From Candidatus Fraserbacteria bacterium (lineage in GTDB: Bacteria > Bipolaricaulota > Bipolaricaulia > RBG-16-55-9): DNA of 64,000 nucleotides. Both the position numbers and the translations under genes were made by a program. Every line of letters starts with the position of its first letter. Position 1 is the stretch's first letter. The notes below the pieces were generated by a model, which did no database searches, was not told where the DNA came from, and saw nothing but the letters and a program-made list of their open reading frames with translations. Shown here in pieces: positions 56,540-64,000 of this stretch. The DNA lies in the NCBI GenBank assembly GCA_037442925.1, contig JBBIPG010000001.1, forward strand, positions 33,814-97,813, read 5' to 3'.

Positions 56540-57279
56540 GGTGTACTCACCTCACCTCCATACCCTGTGGCAGTTGTCCTGCGTGAGCCGACTTCTTTGG
56601 CATGCCCGATCCCTCCACAAAAAAAGATCGTATGGACACGACATCTGAAGAGTTCTTCACAGTGCTGGATAATCTCGCATTTGACGCCTTCTATTGGCAC
56701 TTGCCGTCCCAGCTCACGTTGCATGGAAGTCATGATGGAGCCGTCGAACCCACAGGGTGAGATCTGCTGAAAATACCGCAAGTCTGTGGAGACGTTCAGT
56801 GCAAAGCCGTGATATGTGACCCAACGGCGCACCGCTACACCAATCGATGCGATCTTCTTGGGCGGCCAACGCGATGTCCATACACCGGTGGCACCTGCTC
56901 GTCTTTGAGAAGCGATGCCGAAGTCGCTCAATGTCCGGATGAGCAGTTCTTCGAGGTCTCGTAAGTAACGATGTAGATCGCGTCGCGCTCCTTCGAGTTT
57001 GATAATGGGATAGCCCACGAGTTGCCCGGGGCCGTGGTAGGTGGCCTCGCCGCCTCGCTCGATCTCATAGACGGGGATGCTCGCGTCTGTGACTCGAAGG
57101 GGATTGTGTGAAGGGTGTTTGCGCCCAAGGGTGATCACATGCGGATGTTCCACAAGAATCAAGGTGTCCGGGATCTCGTCATGAGACCGGCGCTCAACGA
57201 GTTGCTTCTGGAGTGCCCAGACCTCGGCGTAGTCTCGAAGCCCAAGATCCAAGATCCAAGTCTCACGCGGTCTATCCAC
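56530..57279 (-). CDS. lipB: Lipoyl(octanoyl) transferase
   Basis: EHP.V.TLG, RGGEATYHGPGQLVGYP, KIASIG, HGFALN, PCG. Confidence 0.95.
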   Translation of the reverse strand: MDRPRETWILDLGLRDYAEVWALQKQLVERRSHDEIPDTLILVEHPHVITLGRKHPSHNPLRVTDASIPVYEIERGGEATYHGPGQLVGYPIIKLEGARRDLHRYLRDLEELLIRTLSDFGIASQRRAGATGVWTSRWPPKKIASIGVAVRRWVTYHGFALNVSTDLRYFQQISPCGFDGSIMTSMQRELGRQVPIEGVKCEIIQHCEELFRCRVHTIFFCGGIGHAKEVGSRRTTATGYGGEVSTPCQ

Positions 57280-57280
57280 G

Positions 57281-58555
57281 TCACGCTCCCACCAAGAGCC
57301 AGTTGGGGTCCTCCAGAAAGGCCTTCACGTCTTTGGCGAATGCTGCGCCCACATGGCCGTCGATCAAACGGTGATCGAACGAAAGAGATATGAGCATGAC
57401 ATCGCGGATGACAATCTCGTTGTCTAAGACGACGGGGCGCTTCTTGATCTCATGCACGCCCAGAATGGCTGATTCGGGGGAATTGACAATGGGTGTGGCG
57501 AAGAGACCTCCCAGTGCTCCTAGACTCGTGATGGTAAACGTCCCACCCTGCAATTCTTCCAGGGCGATCTTCTTCTCGCGGGCCTTGGTCGCGAGCCGTT
57601 CAACCTCTTGGGCGATCTCGAGGATGCTCAGTCGATCGGCTCCCTTGACCACGGGGACGATCAGTCCTTCATCGGTCGCTGTAGCTATGCCGATGTTGTA
57701 ATAGTGTTTTAAGACGATTTCGCCCTTCTCGTGATCGATGGTTGCATTGAGATATGGATGCTTCTTCAGGCTCGCCACACAAGCCTTGACGATAAAGGGC
57801 AGATACGTGAGCTTTATACCTTGTTTTTCCGCTACAGCCCTCAGTTCTTCTCGCACTTTGACCAGCTCGGTCACGTCCACTTCATCAACGAACGTGAAGT
57901 GAGCAGCGGTGGTTTTGGCATGGTGCATGTGATCGGAGATACGCTTGCGAATGCCGCGCAAGGGGATCCGCTCTTCAAGTTGATCGGGACCGACGCGACG
58001 AGGCGTGGGCATCGGAGCGATCCTCTCGGCTGCCGGGCCGGTGTGGGGAGCAACTTCTTTGCGTTCGGTGAAGCGACGCACGTCCTCGTCCGTAACGCGC
58101 CCGCCGGGTCCCGTGCCCTGGACTAAAGCAATATCTATGCCTAGTTCTCGTGCGAGTTTTCGTGTGGCAGGCGTGGCGAGCACTCGTCCCTTCGTGGCCG
58201 GTGCTGTGATCGCCTTTTCAGCCACAGCTGCTTTGACGCTCTTGTCATCTGTTCGTTCTCGCACCTGGGCGACCACGGCAGCCTCTGCCTTGCGCCCATC
58301 CGTCGTTGGCTGCTCTCCCTCTTTGCCGATCACCACGAGCACCGAGCCCACTTTGACGACTTCTCCCTCTTGGGCTCGAATCTGCAAGACTTTTCCAGCG
58401 GCAGGCGAGGGGATCTCCACAGTCGCTTTGTCCGTCATGACTTCAACAAGGGGTTGGTCTTCTTTCACTGTATCACCCTCTTTGACCAGCCACTTGACGA
58501 TCTCCCCTTCATGAACTCCCTCGCCGATATCCGGCAGCCTAAATTCCACAGCCAT
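57281..58555 (-). CDS. 2-oxoacid dehydrogenase E2 (dihydrolipoamide acyltransferase)
   Basis: Lipoyl domain [28 protein letters not shown]. Confidence 0.95.
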   Translation of the reverse strand: MAVEFRLPDIGEGVHEGEIVKWLVKEGDTVKEDQPLVEVMTDKATVEIPSPAAGKVLQIRAQEGEVVKVGSVLVVIGKEGEQPTTDGRKAEAAVVAQVRERTDDKSVKAAVAEKAITAPATKGRVLATPATRKLARELGIDIALVQGTGPGGRVTDEDVRRFTERKEVAPHTGPAAERIAPMPTPRRVGPDQLEERIPLRGIRKRISDHMHHAKTTAAHFTFVDEVDVTELVKVREELRAVAEKQGIKLTYLPFIVKACVASLKKHPYLNATIDHEKGEIVLKHYYNIGIATATDEGLIVPVVKGADRLSILEIAQEVERLATKAREKKIALEELQGGTFTITSLGALGGLFATPIVNSPESAILGVHEIKKRPVVLDNEIVIRDVMLISLSFDHRLIDGHVGAAFAKDVKAFLEDPNWLLVGA

Positions 58556-58582
58556 CGTCCATCACCACTCCTCTTGATGTAT

Positions 58583-59560
58583 TCACGAGTAATTCATGAC
58601 ACGCACAATGCCATCTACGATTCTCGTTACATCCGGCAGATACTGATTCTCCAGAGTGTACGGAAACGGCGTATCGAAGCCTGTGATCCTCACGATCGGT
58701 GCTTTCAGACACTCAATCGCTTCTTCTGCGATGGTGGCGGAAAGCTCAGCCCCAAAGCCGCAAAGCTTGGGCGCTTCGTGCACGATCACCGCGCGTCCGG
58801 TCTTCATCACGGAATCTAATACAGCACTCCTGTCAAAGGGCAAGAGAGTTCTAAGATCAATCGCTTCCACCGATATACCCTTCTGCTGTGCTTGCTCGGC
58901 CGCTGCAAGTGCCTCATGGAGCATCGCGCCATAGGCGAAAAGTGAGACGTCTTTGCCCTCCCGGACGATACGAGCCTTTCCAAGCGGAACAGTGTATTCG
59001 TCCTCGGGAACCTCTTCGCGAATGGAACGATAGATGCGCTTGGGCTCTAGAAAAAGCACGGGATCGTCCTCGCGAATGGCCGCAATCAGCAATCCCTTGG
59101 CATCATACGGGGTGGAAGGAATGACGAGTTTGAGGCCCGGCGTGTGCGCGAAATACGCTTCTGAACTCTGTGAGTGATAGAGTCCGCCCTTGATGCCTCC
59201 TCCGTACGGCGTGCGGATCACCAAAGGGCAGCTATATTGACCGCCAGAGCGAAAACGGAATTTAGCTAGTTCATTCACGATCTGGTCATATGCGGGATAG
59301 ATGAAATCCATGAACTGGATCTCCGGCACGGGTTTTAAGCCATAAAGTGCCATGCCGATGGCTGTGCCGATGATGCCCGCTTCGGCCAGTGGAGTATCGA
59401 TCACCCGATCCGCGCCAAACTCATCGTAAAGCCCATCGGTAGCGCGGAAGACTCCGCCGATCCTGCCCACGTCTTCGCCCAGAATCACGACTCGCTCATC
59501 GCGGCGCATCTCGCTCCGCAGGGCATCGTTTACGGCTTGCACGAGTGTTAATGGGGGCAT
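58583..59560 (-). CDS. 2-oxoacid (pyruvate or branched-chain) dehydrogenase E1 beta subunit
   Basis: GEDVG..GGVFR.T, DTPLAE, EIQFMDF, HSQS.E. Confidence 0.95.
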   Translation of the reverse strand: MPPLTLVQAVNDALRSEMRRDERVVILGEDVGRIGGVFRATDGLYDEFGADRVIDTPLAEAGIIGTAIGMALYGLKPVPEIQFMDFIYPAYDQIVNELAKFRFRSGGQYSCPLVIRTPYGGGIKGGLYHSQSSEAYFAHTPGLKLVIPSTPYDAKGLLIAAIREDDPVLFLEPKRIYRSIREEVPEDEYTVPLGKARIVREGKDVSLFAYGAMLHEALAAAEQAQQKGISVEAIDLRTLLPFDRSAVLDSVMKTGRAVIVHEAPKLCGFGAELSATIAEEAIECLKAPIVRITGFDTPFPYTLENQYLPDVTRIVDGIVRVMNYS

Positions 59561-59656
59561 GGGCTCTCCTCATGATGTTCCAGATGAGGTATGCGTGACG
59601 CCATGTTCTTGACATCTTAGCGGATATCGCTTTGCACGGGCAAACCAACAGACACC

Positions 59657-60163
59657 TTACGGTTGAGCGGGTTTACGGTGTGCCATTAAGCGTTGCCTCT
59701 CGAGATGGATCTTGAGAACGAACAGCAGGCTAAGAACAGCCAAGGCAGCAAAGGCCACCCCTAAAAGCATCCAATTCCTCTCCCTCCAGACTGCCAGCAG
59801 CAACGGCAACATGGAAAGGACGTGGAAGAAATAGCCGTATAAGGCTATCGCAATGCACGAGACGGCATGTCTTTGATCGGCGAGGCGAACGCTCGCAGGC
59901 CGCTGAGATCTTGGGCTCCAACCCCGGTTCAAGATCCAGAACATCCCGCTTAGCAAGAACAAAAATAGTATGTAGGCCGCCCCCCACGCATGCGGCAGTG
60001 GATCATACCAGATGATATACATCGTGCTCAGCAAGAGTGCGCTGAGGGCGCTTCCAAGAACCAGGAGCGCCTTAGTGCGATGCGCTTTATAGTAATACTC
60101 TGCTGCCTTGGACCACTTTCCAAGCTGGTCTTCCGCGCTCTCAAACCAAGTAAGCGGGCTCAT
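59657..60163 (-). CDS. Hypothetical membrane protein
   Basis: Four hydrophobic segments; GAGGAG SD. Confidence 0.6.
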   Translation of the reverse strand: MSPLTWFESAEDQLGKWSKAAEYYYKAHRTKALLVLGSALSALLLSTMYIIWYDPLPHAWGAAYILFLFLLSGMFWILNRGWSPRSQRPASVRLADQRHAVSCIAIALYGYFFHVLSMLPLLLAVWRERNWMLLGVAFAALAVLSLLFVLKIHLERQRLMAHRKPAQP

Positions 60164-60408
60164 GGCATGCTCCTCTGCTCCAATTCGAGCCAGCGAAACA
60201 GCTGATCATACATGGTGGTATGGTTCTCCCAGCCGATCGCCGAGTCTGAGTGTAAGCAGCCTGGTCTCCTTTGTCAAGCTTTGCAGTTCCTCCCCAGCAA
60301 AGAACGGTCGAGGCTCCATAGCGAAGGCGTTTTCTCTAGAAGTTCCTCCTACAAGGGATGTCCACATCTTAGCGGAACGATCACCTGTCCATCAAGCGGG
60401 TGATGATC

Positions 60409-60864
60409 TTAGAACACGAGGGTCAAGCCTGCGGCATACGCAGGCTGCAGAAACCGAGAAGCGAGAGGCACATTCAATTCCACTTCGTTGAAGAACTCCA
60501 ACGAGCGAGAAAGCGAGAAACTCCAGCGTAAGCCCGCTCCCAGTTGGGGCACAAACTCATCGATCACATCCAAGAGCAAGAGCGTTTGGACGTAGAACGC
60601 GAAGCGAGGAGAAACATGCCAGATCCCGCCCACGATCACATCCCAGCTGCCGGAGAGGAAGAACTGGGCTCCCGCGAAGATGCCCAATGAGCGCGAGAAG
60701 GAGAGTTCTGCGCTCAGTCCCAGGCCAGGGATGAAGACATCGGGTTCACCTAGGAAGATGCCGCTTAGGGAGAGGCCGGTTGCGCCCCAGGCCATCGGGA
60801 TGGGGAGGAGTGTCAGGGAAAGCAGAAGTACGAGAGCAGAGCCCAGCAGCTTCTCAGGCTTCAT
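60409..60864 (-). CDS. Putative small outer-membrane beta-barrel
   Basis: Signal peptide, alternating strands, C-terminal GLTLVF. Confidence 0.6.
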   Translation of the reverse strand: MKPEKLLGSALVLLLSLTLLPIPMAWGATGLSLSGIFLGEPDVFIPGLGLSAELSFSRSLGIFAGAQFFLSGSWDVIVGGIWHVSPRFAFYVQTLLLLDVIDEFVPQLGAGLRWSFSLSRSLEFFNEVELNVPLASRFLQPAYAAGLTLVF

Positions 60865-62100
60865 TCAGGGATTCTTGATGAAATCCGGCGGCCAGGGGTA
60901 GCCAGAAGGACAGAGGTCCTGTTGGTTGCTCACGAAGACGTTCTCTTCCCCAATGATCGTTAATGCCTGCCGAGCTGCGTCTACAGTCACGATTCTGATC
61001 CCACAATCCTGGCTTCCTTCGATGCGATTCTCCCACATCTCCAGAAGAGATGGGGGTGCATTGCGCATGAGAACCACAATGGCTCGTTTATTGTCTTCTA
61101 GAGTGTTGCTTTGCAAATAGAGGCGGCTTCCTTCGCTGATGGAGATGCCCTGAGCGAAACTACGAATCTGATTGTTGCGGGCTTCTAGGACGGCCTGAGA
61201 AGAGGCAGAGAAGATCCGAATTCCGGTGTTGAAGAGATAGATATCATCATCAACGCCTTCAAGATCTGCTGGAGGTTCAAAGATGTTGTCTAAGAGGGCG
61301 ACCCGCCCTCCTATACCCATACGAAGACCAAAACCATAGTACGGTAGCGAGAAGCGATTTCCCACAACGAGCGCGCTACTCTCTTCGCCTACGCTTAGCA
61401 GAGCTAGCTCATTGCCTCGAAACTCAGCATGACTGCCCCCGGCAGCTGGCAGCCCGGAAACAGACAATTCCAGACTACTCGCCCTACCCACCCCCACAGG
61501 CACATCAAGGCTGTTCTCAAAGAATTCGGCAGTTGCCCCATTTGCTACCTCAATATCTGCGCTTCCAAATCTTTCATGACGCAATACCACGCTGCCACGC
61601 ATAGAGAGCTTCGCTCTTGGACCGAGGATCGAGATGGTGCGTCCCACCCAATCTCGGAAGGTGACCCCCTCGATCTCTATCTGAGCTTCATGAAACTCTC
61701 CCGGAAGGATCTGCAGAGCTAGTTCTGCGAACTCCCTCCCGTCAAACTGCGGTGGTTGTGGGGTGGGATTGCCTTTGAAAGTAAGGTTTTCGATGCGAAC
61801 CTCGCGGTTGCGCACCCTCAGGACGGGTTCATACTTCTCCCGGGCGGTGAGAATCACCTTGTCCCGATCTACACCCTTGATCGTGACAAAGCCGATGTCT
61901 ACCGTGGCTGCCGTAGGGTAAGTCCCCGGATGCAGAAGCAGAGTGACACCACCCGGATAAGCCGCCTCCAAGGCTGCTTCGAGTGTGGCATACGGACAGC
62001 CCTGAGCACAGATCTCCAGCACTTCTTCCGTGGACCCACCTGCCCCTCCTAGAAGAACAAGAGACCCAATCAGCAACATCAGGCATAAGACCCGTCTCAT
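60865..62100 (-). CDS. Secreted right-handed parallel beta-helix (pectin lyase-like) protein
   Basis: Signal peptide, C..GC.Y.TL.AA....PGTY cap, repeated GN/NN ladders, tail DLCPSGYPWP. Confidence 0.78.
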   Translation of the reverse strand: MRRVLCLMLLIGSLVLLGGAGGSTEEVLEICAQGCPYATLEAALEAAYPGGVTLLLHPGTYPTAATVDIGFVTIKGVDRDKVILTAREKYEPVLRVRNREVRIENLTFKGNPTPQPPQFDGREFAELALQILPGEFHEAQIEIEGVTFRDWVGRTISILGPRAKLSMRGSVVLRHERFGSADIEVANGATAEFFENSLDVPVGVGRASSLELSVSGLPAAGGSHAEFRGNELALLSVGEESSALVVGNRFSLPYYGFGLRMGIGGRVALLDNIFEPPADLEGVDDDIYLFNTGIRIFSASSQAVLEARNNQIRSFAQGISISEGSRLYLQSNTLEDNKRAIVVLMRNAPPSLLEMWENRIEGSQDCGIRIVTVDAARQALTIIGEENVFVSNQQDLCPSGYPWPPDFIKNP

Positions 62101-62107
62101 CTGCCTT

Positions 62108-64000
62108 TCACCTCACCTCCAAGCCCAGCAGTCGAACACCACGAGGATTGACCTTGGGTCCAGGAGCTGAGATCACATAGTCAGTGAAGTAGCCATCGCT
62201 GCCTCCGCCTTCGACTCCGCTGGGACATAGCCCTTGCTCTTGGCAGATTCGCTGAGCATCATTATCCGAAATGTTGGGCGTGTGGCAAACGACTTGTCCC
62301 CCTTGGGCGACGATGACAGGCACGACCCCAGAAGAGAGGGTCTGCACTGACGAGTCACGGCACACCTGCGCGGGATCTGCACCTGTTGCGACGGTGCCAA
62401 TCGAGACGACCACCACCCGCCAGGCATCCTCCGTACCCATTGCGTACTGGGTGGCATACGGCGCTGCCGCAAATAGTATTGCTTGCGCAACTCTTGCGAT
62501 TAGGGTTTGTAGGTCTAGGGGATTCTCAGTGGATGACTCTAAGTATGGCTCGAGGACAGTAAAGGCAGCAACCTGGCAAGTCCCACAGTAGTCTAGGCCC
62601 GCTATTTGTTTCTTCGCCACAAGATCCACAGCTACTCCTTGATTAGGAAACTGTTGTCCGCCCGTCTCAGTTGATGGAACTCCAAGTCTCTTGATGACCC
62701 AACCGCGCTGCATGAGATCGGAAGCGAGTTCGAACGTTCCTAAAACACGCGTAATGAGTTCACGTACGTCAGCTTCTGGTTGCCCTTCTAAAGCCTTGCC
62801 TACCAGGCCGGCTAAGAGCGTTATAAGAGATTGGGAATCGCTCATGGCCAAGCTACCAGGGATGAGCTTGACCATAAGATCTGCAAGCAGTTGAACGAAG
62901 CGGCCTCCTCCGATTGCCGGATAGCGAGGATCTTGAGTTACTCTCCCAAGGTATGAATCCAAAAGAAGGGGCACGCTTAAGGCTGCCGAGCCCAACTGTG
63001 AGACAGTAACAGCTACATCAATTCCCAAGCTTGTGTAGTGAGAGAAGATCTGTCGCAACAGATCTATAAACTCGGGATCATCTTTTACGCTTTGGGGGCG
63101 ATTAGGGCCAAGGATTCCTGCATCAATCCAGACTTCCCTTATTCTTTGCAAGAATTGCTCAAACTGACTGTGACCGATAACCGCATTTGCCAACTGTGCC
63201 TGAAAGTCCGAAGCTGCTTGAAGCTCTTGTAACAGCCCCAATAGACGTTGACGCTCCGTCTCATTCAAGCCGTTGATCCAATCAATGATCCCACCAGCGA
63301 CCAAATCGCACACGGTGCCACCTGCTATTGTGGGTACAAGATCGCATAGTAGGGTGATATCGACCCCTTGCGCTTCTACGGCTTGAGTTCCGGCAAATTC
63401 CGCGCTCTGCCGGTAGAGCAGTTGAGCTAGCTCGGGAGTAATGGTCTGAAAACCGGCTAGGATGAGATCCCTTTCCCGATTCCTCAAGACCGCAATGCCC
63501 CCTGGGGGAAGATTCAAGGTGGTAGTCAAGATAGAGCCTATGGTGTTATAAGAGGACGCTAGAGTGCGCGTGCTACGATCTACCGTCCACGGCAAACGCC
63601 AACCTTGGCAGAGAGCTTTGCTGAAGGGTTGGATTCGCCCATAATAGCGAAAGGGGCAGAAGTTGTAATCCAGATTTGTATTTAGCTCGCTGCCCTTCTT
63701 CACCTGCGTGGGTGGGCTCACCACCTGCAGCGTGGGCCTTGGCTTCTCGGGCGTAGGGGGCGTCTTCTTCACCGTCACCTTGGCGAAAGTCGCTCGGCTC
63801 CCATCGATCATCGGCTTCGTCCTTCCCCAGAGCACTTGGCCGGTAGAGCTGGCCTCCGGGATCACCACGACCGCCTCTATCTCCTGGGCGCCATCGGAGT
63901 AGCTCACCACAGAGTTCTGATCCAAAACGACTTCAGCATTGGCCCAGTCCAGCGTTTCGGGCTGCAGGGCGCTCACTCCGGCGCCGGTCGTCGCCTGGCT
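62108..64000 (-). CDS. C-terminal part of a large hypothetical protein (5' end outside window)
   Basis: Frame stays open from 63976 to base 64000; at least 630 codons. Confidence 0.7.
   Translation of the reverse strand, partial: SQATTGAGVSALQPETLDWANAEVVLDQNSVVSYSDGAQEIEAVVVIPEASSTGQVLWGRTKPMIDGSRATFAKVTVKKTPPTPEKPRPTLQVVSPPTQVKKGSELNTNLDYNFCPFRYYGRIQPFSKALCQGWRLPWTVDRSTRTLASSYNTIGSILTTTLNLPPGGIAVLRNRERDLILAGFQTITPELAQLLYRQSAEFAGTQAVEAQGVDITLLCDLVPTIAGGTVCDLVAGGIIDWINGLNETERQRLLGLLQELQAASDFQAQLANAVIGHSQFEQFLQRIREVWIDAGILGPNRPQSVKDDPEFIDLLRQIFSHYTSLGIDVAVTVSQLGSAALSVPLLLDSYLGRVTQDPRYPAIGGGRFVQLLADLMVKLIPGSLAMSDSQSLITLLAGLVGKALEGQPEADVRELITRVLGTFELASDLMQRGWVIKRLGVPSTETGGQQFPNQGVAVDLVAKKQIAGLDYCGTCQVAAFTVLEPYLESSTENPLDLQTLIARVAQAILFAAAPYATQYAMGTEDAWRVVVVSIGTVATGADPAQVCRDSSVQTLSSGVVPVIVAQGGQVVCHTPNISDNDAQRICQEQGLCPSGVEGGGSDGYFTDYVISAPGPKVNPRGVRLLGLEVR

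Noticed and set aside
60206..60319. 37-codon minus-strand ORF MEPRPFFAGEE...
   Set aside because: No properly spaced SD and no recognisable motif; cannot be supported.

Overview
Gene-dense, moderately GC-rich bacterial chromosome segment, mostly housekeeping: sucD, ychF, tsaC-like, aroC, rqcH/NFACT, secG, oppDF-type ATPases, rdgB, dnaE, yvcK, a sigma-70, an EF-G paralog, larE, gatA, trxB, lon, pyrE, lipB, E1-beta/E2, tRNA-Ser(CGA) and tRNA-Leu(CAG). Omp85-like and small beta-barrel genes imply a diderm. The style of the secreted proteins suggests Ca. Bipolaricaulota/Acetothermia, which is only an inference. Main points of interest: (1) a ~4.4 kb accessory island (about 12260-16700) with four type II toxin-antitoxin modules and a frameshifted secreted trypsin-WD40 gene, in which two ~110-bp direct repeats (an orphan gene 3' end plus a heptamer-repeat hairpin) each precede a TA pair like cassette joints; (2) a 20-codon enolase relic still coupled to ftsB-dnaE; (3) a MuF-like Cys/His domain gene coupled to a comEA-like gene outside any prophage; (4) a structured, uORF-containing leader on the sigma gene; (5) a surface-protein cluster with a FlgD/T9SS-CTD-like tail, plus a tandem pair of Omp85-like genes; (6) an apparently chimeric large gene at the right edge. 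No CRISPR array, rRNA, integrase or transposase was seen. All calls are by-eye motif recognition; no searches were run.
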